From assembly GCA_004022145.1 (NCBI GenBank), contig RCNU01000009.1: 64,000 nt of DNA; one strand, 5' to 3'. The position numbers and the translations under genes are program-made. The notes below the pieces were generated by a model that had not been told where the DNA came from, made no database searches, and saw only the letters and a program-made list of their open reading frames with translations. The stretch is from Paecilomyces variotii. Taxonomy: Eukaryota. Below are positions 1 to 12,815 of this stretch, one piece after another. Every line of letters starts with the position of its first letter. Position 1 is the stretch's first letter.

Positions 1-1
1 T

Positions 2-466
2 GGCGAGCCCCGTTCATCCGACCCGAATGCCTATCAGTCTTCGACACAACCCTCCGTTCCTCGAGCCCGCACGCCAGCAGCCACCGAAATCCCACCATCT
101 CTGCCGCCTTTGAAGACTCTTTCAGGGGAGTACACGAGCATGCCGCAGTCGATAAGTGCTCCGCAGGCGCGGAACTATGATCCAGTGACCGGCAAGAGGC
201 TGCTCTATGATACAGAGGCAAAACTGACGAAACGCACACACGAGGATTCCTTTGGTCACCAGGAGCGGTCTCTGCAGAACGGCATGCGTCCTGATGCTGC
301 GGATCTGAACGCATACCCTGGGCGTGGTCGCAATGGGAGAAAAACAGAACTGGAAACTGCCAAATTCTTCGAGGAACTAGGGATTGAGCGTGCGGCTATG
401 GAATACAGACGTGCAGATGGAACAATGTCCACCAAAGTGACGCCTGTTCGTGGTAGCAAAGTCTGA
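2..466 (+). CDS. veA: C-terminal part of velvet regulator VeA (gene begins upstream of the window)
   Basis: The frame is open from base 2 to TGA at 464-466. The peptide SLPPLKTLSGEY...GKRLLYDTEAKLTKRTHEDSFGHQERSLQNGMRPD...MEYRRADGTMSTKVTP resembles the Aspergillus VeA C-terminus as I recall it (LPPLKALSGDY...KRSYEDSFGHDDRPLYNGMRPD...MAYKRANGRMATKISP). Confidence 0.75.
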   Translation, partial: GEPRSSDPNAYQSSTQPSVPRARTPAATEIPPSLPPLKTLSGEYTSMPQSISAPQARNYDPVTGKRLLYDTEAKLTKRTHEDSFGHQERSLQNGMRPDAADLNAYPGRGRNGRKTELETAKFFEELGIERAAMEYRRADGTMSTKVTPVRGSKV

Positions 467-1279
467 GAAAAAGATGTCAGGTTACTCTATTATTTAGATT
501 CTCATTCCCATTTTCTTGCACATCATTGATTTTTTCTTTCCAGTCCTCTTTTGCGTGCTTTCCCGCAAGGAGTTCTTGTTCGGAGTTTCTGGCTGGGGGT
601 TTTTTTTCCTGTGAGAGGGAATTGTATGGAGCTTTTTTTCTTGCGGAAGTCAAACACCAGAATATCTTTTTTTTGCTATATATGGTCTTTTTCTTTTCTT
701 TTTTCTTCTTTTTCGCCTCGCATACGGTCCTGGTGTAGAGCACAGCCAACGTTCCTTTTTTTTACCCTTCGAAATTTTCCTTGTGTGTTGAAATTGGCCT
801 ACCCTTATGCACATTTCTTCATTCACGGTGTGTGTGGATTTCTATTATATTCCCCGTTTGCTTCTGCGTCTTCCTGTTCTCAAGACTCGCTGCAGTGGCT
901 GCGGCTACCTTCTCTCTTCTTTCTACGTCGACCACCCCTTTCTTAGACGGTACAATATACTCTCTGCCCACCATGCATTTCTGGATGGTGGCGGCAATTT
1001 TTTGAGTTCTATGTGAGGCGGTTTTTCTTCGCTTTTTTTTTTTTTTTTTTCTTCCCTTGGTAACCCGATTCTCTATTTCCATCTACGCATCGTGCGGCCA
1101 TTGTGATGTCAATTGCAAGAAGAAGCATTAAATGTGATTAGAGAGGCCGCCAATGGCTCTAAATTAGCTAGTTATTAACAAGCTAGCTAGCTAAATGGGC
1201 GATTTCCCCTTCAAAGGCATTGTTTATGTAGCGTAAAATTGTTTTTATTTTTTTTATTTTTTCATTTCGCTAGGTTAAG

Positions 1280-1818
1280 TACAGGCGACATTTCCACTGG
1301 CAATCTGATTGTCAACGAGGGGAAAGAAACCCAATCCTGGCCAGCGTTTCTAATCGACTTGGACCTTGCTATCAAGGAGCAACGAGAACGACCTTCTGGG
1401 GCGAGAGGTAAGACTGGGACCAGGGCTTTTATGGCTATTGGTCTCCTTTTGGGGGAAAGACACACTTTCAACCATGATTTGGAGTCTTTTTTTCTGGGTT
1501 CTCTTCTGGATTTGTATCCATTATAATGGACCAGGAAACAGGAGCAGGACGATGCCCGAATTCGAGAAATGGAATTATGTCGACATGGAAGAATTAGCTA
1601 AGCTTAAGCTGGGAACAATATCAGAGGAGGATGTCTTCAGGAGCACCGTAGAGGCGAATTTCACGGAATATCACGAGTCGTTAGTTCCGTGGGTTCTCGA
1701 GTTACGAAAAGTGGTATTCCCTAACGGAAGAATACGAAAGAAAGAAGACAGGGGGGTTTATTTGCGGATGCGCCAGATTCTTAGGAGTGCTCAACAGGAT
1801 GAAAAAGTCTTAGCCTGA
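1280..1818 (+). pseudogene. Truncated, frameshifted fungal-type protein kinase (FunK1) C-lobe
   Basis: FunK1-type motifs GDISTGN, FLIDLDLA, KTGTRAFMAI and HDLESFF continue as WVLFWICIHY only after a frame change at a T7 run (1487-1493). No N-lobe is visible upstream, where the sequence is AT/T-rich. Confidence 0.7.
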
Positions 1819-4038
1819 CGTCTTATAAATCTAAGAAAGTCACGGTGTGGGCAAATTACTCTGCTGCAACAGAAAGTACATTCCAGTCATCATGTTATCT
1901 GTACTCGGGGATCAAACATGTCTACAGTCAATATTGTCAAGTATTACTTCTACAAGGGCATGGTCCCTAAAGGCCAAACCAGATTGCAAAAACCACTCAC
2001 CTGAGCGTATCAAACGGCAAGAGACAGTAAACTCTATCCAAAAGCAGTCCTTATTCGGTACGCAGACTTTCTTTCATGATCGGTTATAGGCCATCTTGAC
2101 GATGCGGACACACTGCTTTCGGTTTACTGCATTGGCCGCGACGCGCTGCAATTCTGCAACGTTAAATTAGACGTATCTTTCCTTCAGTTGTCTATCTCCA
2201 TTGAAGCTGATGCTCTGTAAGACTTCACAGCTTGTAGAGTGGGATTGAGGGGACGACTGGCATCCATCGCCTCGACGTATGCTTGAAAAAACGACTCGTG
2301 TGAAGGCGACACGTTGAAAGAGTGGCAACGAGCTGATGCACAAATTGGGGAACAGCGCAGTAACCTATTTAACCTGTAGATAGGGGGGATTCTTGAAGAT
2401 GTCATCGTGTTGACGTGATAATTCGCCAGGCTCAGCAAGGGACACGAAAGAAGGCGCGATTAAAATTACTAGATATAAATTTTAGGCGGCGAAACTATTT
2501 CCTTAAAGAAATTTAAGCAAAACTTGACCTAGAGGTTAGAAGAAGATTGGTCAAGGCAAGGAAAAGATGCGAAGATGCGTCTGCTATACACCGGCTATAC
2601 TTAGCACGTGCCCGCCACTACACCAAAAGACCGCAATAACTATCTGGGGGGTATTACACCTGTGCTATACATGTAGCCTGGTAACTCCCGAGGTTACTGA
2701 GATCATGACAGCGAGGACACAGGTAGGGGGAAAGTGCCATTTTATAGGCGCCTGACTAGGCCAGAATAGAGGGGAGCTGGATTGTTGCAGAGGGAGTCAT
2801 TTTCAGTATTACTGCTCAGGTTCTAAATTCAAATAGATAGGATTATAGCAAGATTTATTGCAATAATATCACCTTGGGATAAGAATTGACCACCGCAGCC
2901 CCTCTGTCCGCTCTTTCTCTCCTTTCCTTCTCATCTTGCCTCCATCAGTCGCGTTATACACGCGAAAAAGAAATCGTGTTCGAGAGTACCTGAGTACCTA
3001 GGTAGGTATTCTAGTCCTCCAATTCAGGCCAAGGATCCATCTCACATTCCATAAATGACTGCCCGTCGCAAGGATGGATTAATTGATATGTCTCAGAAAG
3101 TTGACGTACGCCAAAGGGCGAAACAGCATCCGAAACAGCATCCCTTCGAGACTGATGATTTGGCGCACAAAAAGCTTGACAAAAATGTGGGAATGGGCAT
3201 GTCCATTGTCATTTCGCTAGCTCTTGAATATTCTGATGAAAGGGCATCGTGCCCGAGACAAAAAGGTCCGGTCCGAGCGTGTGGCTCTTTTAGTCTAGTT
3301 TTATTGAATTATTGATTATTATTATTACCGTTCCATTCCATCGAGGAGATGATAATAAATGCTTAACCAAGGAGATCCCCAATCTCTCCTCAACAACAGG
3401 ATCGTCGCGTGCCAGCTCAAAACCCTGTGGAAATCCAGCTGGCAGATGATGAGACCGAGGAGGATGAGTTTAGTGTATCTAAGTTATCTAGTGAAGCTAC
3501 TCTAGTTAGTTACTTTTACTTGTTTGTTGCTCCGACCAAGCCAGCTCAACTCCCGGCAACGAGAGGGGAAACCAAACCAGCGCATGTAAACAAACGAAAA
3601 CCGGCACAACCCGATCATCCAAGCCAATCCAGTCCACGCTTGCTACGTCAACGTCGTGCTATCCCTCTTATTATTATTCTCTCTTCATCTCTCTATCCTC
3701 TCTTCTCTTGTCTTCGATTTCCATCGAGGGTCCGGTCTCAGCTGGCCATTGCGGCACCGGTCAAGAAGCAGTTGAGAGCTAAGATCACACAGCATCCTGG
3801 GCTCAGCGACGGCCGTTGCTGGGTCGGAAGATGGACACGAGGGAAGGCGATGCAGAGGTCCGTCTTGCTATCTATCACCCACAGATATCCCTGACCCCAA
3901 ACAAACCATAAAAAGCCTGGAGATTTGAAACATCCGTCCAATGATGCAACCAGAGCGTTCTAGCTGATAACTTTGTTTGGAGATGTTTAGACACCGTATC
4001 TGGAAGTGGAACTGCATCTGGATCCCCTCCGTGCAGAC

Positions 4039-6228
4039 ATGCAGCTTCAGCAAGCACTCATGATGGACAGCGCGAGCGACTGTGCCAGCGAGCCCAGCTC
4101 GTCGCACAAGCGGAAGCATTCGCACGTTAGCTCGAGCATGTCCTACGCGACCCCAAGTTCGGATGTGTCTGGCCGCTTTGACGATGCAGAGGAGGAGCTA
4201 GAGACGGAGCAGCTTGCCTACGATGAAGACGATTGCGATGATGACGATGCTGCTGCCTACTACGGTACCCAGTCTGCTCACTCGTCCAAGCGCAGACGCT
4301 CCAACGACTGGCCCCTCCGGAACGAGGTCGTGTACAACGAACATGGTCTCCGCGTACCCAGCGGTGATCATGCAGCAGTGACCAACAGAAGCTCCCCTCG
4401 TTCCCGCACTCTGGGGTCGAAGGACAAAGCCAATGGCTCTCCTTGCCTCCGGTACCGTCGTTCCAGGTTCATTGAGGGTAGCATGAATGATCGCGTCAGC
4501 GAGAAACCTCCGAGTATCTTCGTGCGCGATGATGAGATCATGCAGGGAAAACAACTGGTGCACGACAGCCCTGCGCAGAGACACTCGGGCATCTTCAAGT
4601 TTGGCAAGGCCATTGCCGCTGCGTTCAATCCGTTCGGGATGTGGGAGAACGTTTCCGATATCTGGAAGCCCCCCCAGGACAGACCCAAAACGCAGAAGGA
4701 GATCATGAAGGAAAGGCAGACCCAGGCACAGAAGGCTTATGCTGAACTCAAGAAGTCTGGGTACCGAGGCACGAAGGGCAACTTCGGACAGACCAGCAAT
4801 GGGGTGAATCCGGAGATCGCGGACCAGACGTGGAAAGCTATACAGGAAAAGATGGAGTACCGCAGTTCAGGTAACCATAGCAGAAATACCTCGGCAAGCT
4901 TATCCACCAGAGATGGGTACCAACCCTCATTCAACGACAACAAAGAAATGCTGCCCACTCCCGGCCGTCCCGATCAAGTGTCTTCGTTCAAATCATCTCT
5001 CCAAGATCTCCGCAAAGCGAGGTCTGCGTTGAGCATTCCTTCCATCAAACGCCGCGATGGATCTCCTCAGAGGCGGTCGCTTGACACGCCCTCGGAGGAC
5101 TCCCAGCGTCCTTCGGTCCATAAGCAACGGTCAAGAAAGGAGCTTGCCAGACAAGCCAAACTGATGAAGAAAGTCAGCAACCTGGAAGACAAACTTGAAA
5201 GGGTCAGGAGAGAGTTGCGTGAGATGACAGCCGAATTGGAAGCACCCCCGGTGCCTCCGCTTCCTGTTGTAGCCTATGACGCACTTCCTCCTAGGCGATT
5301 TGTGCCAGGAGCTCTCCCATCTCTGCCGTCTGAGCGGCTTCTCAATAACCAGGCTGAATCAGGCCCGGAACCGGTGTCTGCTCCTGCGCCAGCCCACAGC
5401 ATCCGTTGCGTCGAGTCGGGTAACGAGAGTGAGCATGAGCAAGCACGCACGAGGAAGCTCTTTTCCACCCCGAAGGCGCGGAGGCTTCCCAAAGAGCAGA
5501 GGCATCCTGTATCTCAAGATGCCTCTCCACTGAAGAGGAAGTCACCTGATGTTAACCGGAAGCAAAGCAACGACATCCCGCCCGAGGAACAGTACCAGGA
5601 CGAGGGTGCGGAAACTGACAGATCTTCCCGAAAGAAGCAATCTGCAAGGAAGTCGAAGGCGCAGAAGTACTCACAAGGCGATAGTCCGGGGGCTGTCGAG
5701 CGGAAACAGCTAGAAGAATCAGACTCGACGGCTCTTAACAAGCCCAAGTCTCCCAAACATTTGGCAATGCCACGGACCCCGACCCCTCTGAGGCGTGTCC
5801 CGAACCTGAAGAAGAGATCCTCGCCCTGTTCGAAGATGAAGAAATCGAGAGCGGAATCGCCCTGCGAGAAAATGACAGACGAAATTGCGGAACCGCCTAG
5901 ACTTGCGGAGTCTAATAGATCATCACCTCAGCCTTTCTACCTCCAGTCTCAGCCTCAGCTGAACCCTACAGCTGATCCGGACGCGGTCATCATCAGTCCC
6001 GGAAAGGGATGGGGATTCAACGGAGAAGAGAACATCCCTCCTGTCCCGCCGGTGCCCCAGGAGCTCATTGCAAACACCAAGAGAGATAGCAGCTGCTCTG
6101 GAGCTTTGACGAGCATCAAGGGATCGGAACTGGGCCCGGGAAATATTACTTTGCGCTCACTCTGTCAGGAGCATCGTGTGCAACACAAACCATCTGACAA
6201 CTTTCAATGGCCTGATGACATCTTCTAA
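4039..6228 (+). CDS. Conserved fungal hypothetical protein, Ser/Pro/Lys-rich, with a coiled-coil segment
   Basis: Long uninterrupted ORF (track 4006..6228, first ATG 4039). It has conserved-looking blocks RSRFIEGSMNDRVSEKPPSIF and KVSNLEDKLERVRREL, and ends FQWPDDIF. Confidence 0.75.
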   Translation: MQLQQALMMDSASDCASEPSSSHKRKHSHVSSSMSYATPSSDVSGRFDDAEEELETEQLAYDEDDCDDDDAAAYYGTQSAHSSKRRRSNDWPLRNEVVYNEHGLRVPSGDHAAVTNRSSPRSRTLGSKDKANGSPCLRYRRSRFIEGSMNDRVSEKPPSIFVRDDEIMQGKQLVHDSPAQRHSGIFKFGKAIAAAFNPFGMWENVSDIWKPPQDRPKTQKEIMKERQTQAQKAYAELKKSGYRGTKGNFGQTSNGVNPEIADQTWKAIQEKMEYRSSGNHSRNTSASLSTRDGYQPSFNDNKEMLPTPGRPDQVSSFKSSLQDLRKARSALSIPSIKRRDGSPQRRSLDTPSEDSQRPSVHKQRSRKELARQAKLMKKVSNLEDKLERVRRELREMTAELEAPPVPPLPVVAYDALPPRRFVPGALPSLPSERLLNNQAESGPEPVSAPAPAHSIRCVESGNESEHEQARTRKLFSTPKARRLPKEQRHPVSQDASPLKRKSPDVNRKQSNDIPPEEQYQDEGAETDRSSRKKQSARKSKAQKYSQGDSPGAVERKQLEESDSTALNKPKSPKHLAMPRTPTPLRRVPNLKKRSSPCSKMKKSRAESPCEKMTDEIAEPPRLAESNRSSPQPFYLQSQPQLNPTADPDAVIISPGKGWGFNGEENIPPVPPVPQELIANTKRDSSCSGALTSIKGSELGPGNITLRSLCQEHRVQHKPSDNFQWPDDIF

Positions 6229-8241
6229 GTTTTGCACCAACTTGGAGTTCTGGGTCTTTTTTTTTTCTCTCCTTTTTTTGAGTGCAGAATAATACCCTCT
6301 TTTGCCTTCTTTTACGACCAACCTTACGAATGTGACGATTTGTTTTCGATATTTGCATTTCAATGATGATACGCAGTCGGGAACGGAGCAATGTGTTATG
6401 CTATGCTTTCTTTCTTGTGAGCGGACACGTCTTGCAATGCTGTATGAGTTGTCTTTCTTTTCTTCTCCATTCGAGGAATCGGAGTCTGTTATTTCCTCCT
6501 TTTTGCTTCATGTTTGGACGATTCAATGTGCCCTCTTGGCGTTGGGATAGTTGACGCTGACGTTCATGTTTGAATGAAAGAGTATTGAGTCATGAAATTG
6601 ATTTATTTCCCGAAAGACTGGATCGTATCATTCGGGATATCGTAGATATGTAAACTTACAGGGGTAGGGATGATAGAATCTGCTAGATATCTAGATCCTT
6701 CGGATGTAGGTCAATAGGAGGAGATAAATAGAGACCCCCGCGCCGAAGAACTATAACTAACTAGATCTACCCCCGGACATTTCTAGATCTTCCTTATTAT
6801 CTCAGTAGATCACTCAACTGAGCAAAGGGGATTAGGTACTACGCGATTATTCTCGATTAAATAGAAAGATCCATAATAATAATAATAATAGTAGTAGTAG
6901 TAATTAACACTCTATGTAACTAACCAGTGAGTTATATAACCACAGGCTAGGTTATTCGATCGAGTATAATATAAACAGTCCATATCATATTATTACAGTT
7001 ATGCCACTACTACTGGAATATCGATATGGAGTAATTAATAATACTCCAAGTTAGTTAGTTATACTACTAACTACCCCTGTAGAGATATACCGTCGAATCG
7101 AACATTGAATAATAACAATACAGAAGCACAGTTATTACCCGAACAACTTAATTTCCTCACTTAAATCTACTTTCTACAGGGCAAGGGGAAGGGGAAGCTA
7201 AACCCACATTCATCTCCTATATATATCGCATCCAGAGAATCCATAGTAAATCTCAGTGATCTAGTATGTTCTAAGTAAGTTATCCTATCCTATCCTATAT
7301 TTAGGCCCTGCTACAAACGGATACTCAACAAATTACCTAGCGTTTTCTTCATGCGCTGATATAGATACTATTTAGTGAATACTTAATTAATTAATCCTTC
7401 TCTGTTAAACCCCCTTTATCAATGGATAAGTTTTAAGTATAACTATGTACAGTAGTTATATGTATTAGTCGAAGGGTGGATCTCTCGGCTTTCGGCGGAA
7501 GAAGAAAGGAGGATCCTAACTGACCCAGACACAAGTTAATTATTAATGCGATATAAGTATGGGGGTCATACCCCGCACTTTTTGACAGCTTGCTTTCTCT
7601 CCGCGTTTAGATTTCGGGTTTAATTAACTAAACTTATCATCATTATCATCGTATGATCTTGGGCTGGTGCTGTCTTTATTTCTTTCCCTTTGCCCTTTAA
7701 GGTCCATTCTCTTGTGCAACTTTGACGAAGCTTATTTCGCTCACTGGGCTATTTCGCTGACTGGCTACAACGCTCATGTATGGATTGAACAAGATGTGAA
7801 TGCTTCCGACGAGAATCTTCAGTTTTGACTGACTCTATCTGGTCTATTCTCCTTCTCTATCCCAACCAACCCCTTCGAGTCTGGCTGTGACCGTCACACG
7901 GCTGCCATGGATATCATCGTCTATGAACACTATTCTAACAGATCGAAACGCGATATGATGGAAAAAGCAGAGATGCATGATGGAGTGCTGTTCGCAACGC
8001 AACGACCGCGCTAAGCGGGGACGCACTCGGAAGTCCAGAGCACAGGACTTAGATTGTTGATCGCACATTAATGGGGACATAACCAACATCAGAAAACCGC
8101 ACCCGACTCCTTCCCTTTAAACAGTTGAAACGATATATACGAAACAAAAAATGTCACTTCGCGGCTCTCGGTCCGGCGAGCGTACCACGCAGAGAACTCG
8201 AGGATCGACCCTTAAAAAGCCGAAAAGGCCACAATAGTGAC

Positions 8242-9648
8242 TCATTTGGCAATCTTGGCAGGAGGGACACCAAGACCGTTCCTGTTACGGAAGAAGAGAA
8301 CACCCTTGCTCTCACCCTCGGCACCCTCGGTGGGCTCAACCCACTGGCACATACGGAAGCTGGTCCACATGGCCTTGAGGAAGCCAAGAGGGCCAGTGTG
8401 GGCTTCCGTGCGGTAGTGCTTGCCCATCACCTTCTTGATAGCTTCGCTGGCCTCGTCGGCGTGGTAGAAGGGGATCGTGCTGACGTAGTGGTGGAGGACG
8501 TGGGTCTCGATGATACCGTGCAGGAGCTCACGACCGATAAAACCGAACTCGCGGTCGATGGTGGCAGCGGCACCGCGAGCGAAGTTCCAGACCTCGGGCT
8601 CGTAGTGAGGGAGAGTGGGGTCGGTGTGCTGCAGGTAGGTGATGGCAACGAGCCAGTGGTTCACCCAGAGGTAGGGAAGACCGTACCAGACGAGGAGGTT
8701 TTGCCAGCCGAAGTTCGTGCCAATGTAGTACAGAACTGCGAGGGTGATGAAGAGCCCGAGGTCACTCAAGAGGATCAGCTTGGCGTCCTTGGCCTCATAC
8801 AGCGGGCTGGATGGGTTGAAGTGGTTGACACCGGTAAAGTAACCGTTCTTCTTGCCCTTTCCGCGTCCCTCAGGCTGGCGCTCGTGGTTGTTGTGGCCGG
8901 TGACGTTGGTGAAGAGGTACATGGGCCATCCAAAGAGCTGCTGCAGAACCAGGTTGCAAGCGGTCGCGATAGGGGTCTCCTCCATGAGCTCACTCAGCTC
9001 GTGGGCGGCCTTTCCAATGCGCGAGGCATATTCCTCTCTGGTCTTGGGAACGAACACCATGTCACGGGCCAGGTTACCGGTGGCCTTGTGGTGCTTGCCG
9101 TGGGAGATCTTCCAGGAGAAGTAGGGGACCAGCAGGGCAGAGTGGCAGATCCATCCGACAGTGTCGTTGAGCTTCTTCGAGGGGGAAAAGGCCTGGTGAC
9201 CACACTCGTGCGCCAGAACCCACACTCCGGTACCGAACAGACCCTGCAGAACGCTGTACAAGCCCCACAACACGACTCTGGCGGGCAGATAGGGGACAGT
9301 CTCCGGAGTCACATAGTTGTGGAAGAGATAGAAGGTGGCTCCCAAGAGAGCAAAGTCGCGCGCGACATAGTACAGACTGGTGGCTGCGGAACGCTCAAAG
9401 CAGTGGGGAGGAATGGCATCACGGATGTCCTTGATGGTGTAGTTGGGGATCTCGAACTCGTTGCCGTAGGTGTCGAGCATCTTGGTGCGACGGGGCTCGA
9501 CCTCAGACGCCATCGAGGACAACGAGGTGGACGAAGGAGACTGACGAGGACTTTCCATGGGAGACACTGAGGCCGAGCTGGCCACAGAGGAGTCCGTCGT
9601 CTGCATACGGTTCAGCGCAACGCGCTTGGGGATCGCGGTGGACGACAT
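8242..9648 (-). CDS. odeA: Oleate delta-12 fatty acid desaturase
   Basis: Three His boxes (HECGH, HGKHH, HVLHH) plus FTNVTGH and TYLQHTDP. The start is placed at ATG 9648 (MSSTAIPKR) because the upstream in-frame ATG at 9747 falls inside a predicted 5'-UTR intron. Confidence 0.93.
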   Translation of the reverse strand: MSSTAIPKRVALNRMQTTDSSVASSASVSPMESPRQSPSSTSLSSMASEVEPRRTKMLDTYGNEFEIPNYTIKDIRDAIPPHCFERSAATSLYYVARDFALLGATFYLFHNYVTPETVPYLPARVVLWGLYSVLQGLFGTGVWVLAHECGHQAFSPSKKLNDTVGWICHSALLVPYFSWKISHGKHHKATGNLARDMVFVPKTREEYASRIGKAAHELSELMEETPIATACNLVLQQLFGWPMYLFTNVTGHNNHERQPEGRGKGKKNGYFTGVNHFNPSSPLYEAKDAKLILLSDLGLFITLAVLYYIGTNFGWQNLLVWYGLPYLWVNHWLVAITYLQHTDPTLPHYEPEVWNFARGAAATIDREFGFIGRELLHGIIETHVLHHYVSTIPFYHADEASEAIKKVMGKHYRTEAHTGPLGFLKAMWTSFRMCQWVEPTEGAEGESKGVLFFRNRNGLGVPPAKIAK

Positions 9649-9693
9649 GTTGGACGGATGGTGTTTTTTATTCAGGAGATTCACAGAATCTAT

Positions 9694-9797
9694 CTGTGAG
9701 GGAAGTTTGTTAGCATCATTGACCCTTGACCCTTGATGCCAGACCATCTGTTGCTAGCAAACGAATTGAGACCAGAGAGAGCTGTCTAAGGACTTAC
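9694..9797 (-). other. 5'-UTR intron of the delta-12 desaturase gene
   Basis: On the minus strand: GTAAGT donor at 9797, GCTAAC branch site at about 9709-9714, and CAG acceptor ending at 9694. Confidence 0.6.
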
Positions 9798-12700
9798 TCG
9801 ATAATAAAGACAAACAACCGCCTGTTTGTGTGACACAGATCAGCAGCCCCCAGGGTTGAAGATGTTCAGCTGGCTGAAGAGCTGTGGTGATACGCAAGCA
9901 CTCTGTGGACCTCCTGGATCAAAGGGGGGAGGGGGAGGGTATAAGGGAGAGACACAGAAGAAAGGAGCAGGAAGGAAAAGGGAATGCGGCGGGTTTTGAA
10001 GTCGGAGGAGACAGAGGAGCAAGACGAGGGAGGGATCTGAGAGATCGATCGGCCTTGTAAGGTAAAGGCAAGTAAGTATCTAAATTTTTGCCTTTTTTTT
10101 TTTTTTCCTTCTTGTTTTTGCCGGTCCAACTATCTAACTGGGGAAACTGAGCTGCCACATGCTTGTCGCCCCAACAGTCACGGTTCAGGTAATTTTCACG
10201 TTCTTCCCTTTCCCCGCTGATACGCCGGCGGGCTTTGATGCCAAGACCCGGTAATCCTCGTGACGCTCCACCGTATTATTACCCCGTACGCTAACCGGCC
10301 TTCGATCGGCGTCTTCTAGATTTTCTCTTTTTTACCATATCAGCCCAGTCTTGCCGTTTCCAAACTAATACTACTACTATACTGTTGAGGATGGAAAGTT
10401 TGCGTTTATATTTTACTTGATATATTTGATATTATTACTATATCTATGATTTATTCAATCCCGTCAATGCCAGGAATCCGCACATGGAATGCTGACCAGC
10501 ACGTCCTCTTCTCGCCATGTACGGAGTAGATCTACCAACGTATCAATTATGGTAGTTTCATTCTCTCCAATGGTGAAATTTCTCCGGTACCAGTAGACTA
10601 GATAGGCTCGTTGTGATCCAGACCAGACCCTCATCCTAGTTTCAGGAGAAAAGCTCGCTCTCGCCACAAGATGTGGCGAGGTTTTCCTTATTTTATTCCA
10701 GACGCCGTAATATGGTACTTGTCCGTGACTGACCACTTTGATCTATCTGCCCACAGGTATCGCGCTGGAACGGCATTTGCCAGAGCGTTATTTTTTTTTT
10801 TTTTTCCTTCTTTCCCAAACCATATTATTTCGCGCAACATCCGGCGGGACGGTCCGGGGAGACAGCAGGAATCGTGGTATGATCGATCCCATTATTTTCC
10901 CCTCAGCTCTTTTCTTCGTCGCAGGAAACTCGGCCCTTTCGTAACTTAACTTCTGGTAAGTAATAATCGCGTAAGATTGCACACTACTACTGTAACTCCC
11001 CGGTGACGGGAACGTTACCGTGACCTAGGTACAGTATCTATGGTAGTTATCTACCAAAACTTACCAGGGACCGATCGGGGCGGTGAGTGTGATTGACCAA
11101 TGATAGTCTGAGGGAATACCGCTGTCGCGATGAGGAGAAAGAAACTTAAAATAATAATAATATAATCCGATTCCTGTAACTCTCCCCGCAAGACATGGGG
11201 AGAAAATATCATGATACTCTGTGAGTGGTACTCCGTACTAGTCTAGTGATGGCTGGTGTCTGCGCATGGACATGTCTATATTGGAGGAGGTCAGGTCAGG
11301 TCAAGTCTATTGGTAATGAAGATTGACGGTGTGGTAGTTTACATTCATTGAGAAACGCTACTTTGCCTTATACGGTAGATATGTAGCGAGTACCTAGGTA
11401 GTCTACGGTAGACTACTTTGGAGAGGAAAAAGTCGGGGTAGTGGTAGTACCATATAACGATACATGGTACTGTGTATACACCCAGGACGAAGGCTTGATA
11501 ATAATCTGCAAGCCCAGACGCGAATACTTCATGGTGCTTTACCAAGAGTCAGAAGACTGCCTGATCTGCATTATTATTGCGCATCAGGCTGTAATATATC
11601 ATACCTAATATACTTTCAAGACGCTGTTCGTTTGAACGAACCCCTCGTTGACATTATTCACATGCGAACAGAACGCAGCTCGGTACCGAGTCGAGTCTAC
11701 TCATTCCTCTATGTATGTATGTATGTACAGTACATACTACCGTACGCTAATCACCACGACTCCTTGCTTCGATGAAGTACGTAGTAATAATACGATGCTG
11801 AAACCGCGGTAAATGATCGATCGACAGGAAAAAGAGGTCATCAATCAATCAATCATCTATTGCAGTGCCCGCCTGCAAAACACAGCAGTTGTTGCATTGC
11901 ATGTGACTGATCCCCCTTCCGTAATGAACCGTTGGGGTACAGTAGAAGAGTATGGTAATAATAATAACAAATAATAATATGAGGGACAGCAAGTTCACTG
12001 AGATCCTTCCAATCAATCGATAAGAATATACCATCAAAAATAAAGTACAGAATATACAGTATATCATACACCTCCCACGTTGGACGAACGATGGCGTTAT
12101 ATTATTATTATTATTTCCCTCGGCACGTGAAAGTCCTTTCTGTCTTTTCTTTTCCTTTCCTTTCCCCCCCTTTCTCTGACTTGAACTAGTACGGAGTAAA
12201 GGAAAGTAACAATAAAATAACTTACACCCCCTTTCCTCTTTTTCTCCCCCCCAAAACAGCGGCCATTCTTGTTGGGACAGATCGTCGATTTTGTTGAGAA
12301 ATTGGAGCCGGTGGAGAACTGCCTGACGGGCGCTAATGCAGAAGGGGTTAGTCTTTGGGGGCTTTCTGGAGCGATCTGATGGGTCGGATAGCTAGTATAC
12401 GCTAGTCCTGTTGGGGAAAGATATGGGATTTGCTAAACTGGCCTGTTTGGAGTAAGTCACGTCTTAGCCCTGTGCCCTGTGCCCTGTGCCCTAAGGTTTG
12501 ATTCCTTATTTGGGTAACTAACTATACCTCAAGGACAGCGGGCTTCTATCATGGATGGTCCGGTGTGTTTTTTTTTTTTTCTTTTGTTGAGCCGCTGCTG
12601 TTTTATTTAACATTACTTTTATAGATGCAATACGTTCAACAAATCGTAATTAACTCGCTATCAAGATATATCATTTAGAGGTCTTTGGAAGTCGGGGAAT

Positions 12701-12815
12701 TGATTACGTAGAGAAAGTATCTGTGCTAATAATGGTATTATATGTATGCATGTACATTTTGTAGAAAACTTACGTATATACATCGTGAGAAGGCATAGAC
12801 TATGAAGACAGGGCA

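Noticed and set aside
477-1082. Several Phe- or Lys-rich short ORFs
   Set aside because: Artefacts of the poly-T-rich veA 3' region.
3409-3894. 161-aa GTG-start ORF upstream of the 4039 gene
   Set aside because: No ATG start or domain. It crosses a CT-rich promoter/5'-UTR tract.
8125-9570. 481-aa plus-strand ORF
   Set aside because: Antisense shadow of the codon-biased desaturase, with no recognisable motifs.
12467-12492. (GCCCTGT)3 minisatellite
   Set aside because: Simple short tandem repeat with no evidence of function. There are no spacers, so it is not CRISPR-like.
12269-12592. YCAACAA near-matches to the yeast Mga2-dependent LORE element upstream of the desaturase
   Set aside because: Only partial matches, far from the gene and short enough to occur by chance.
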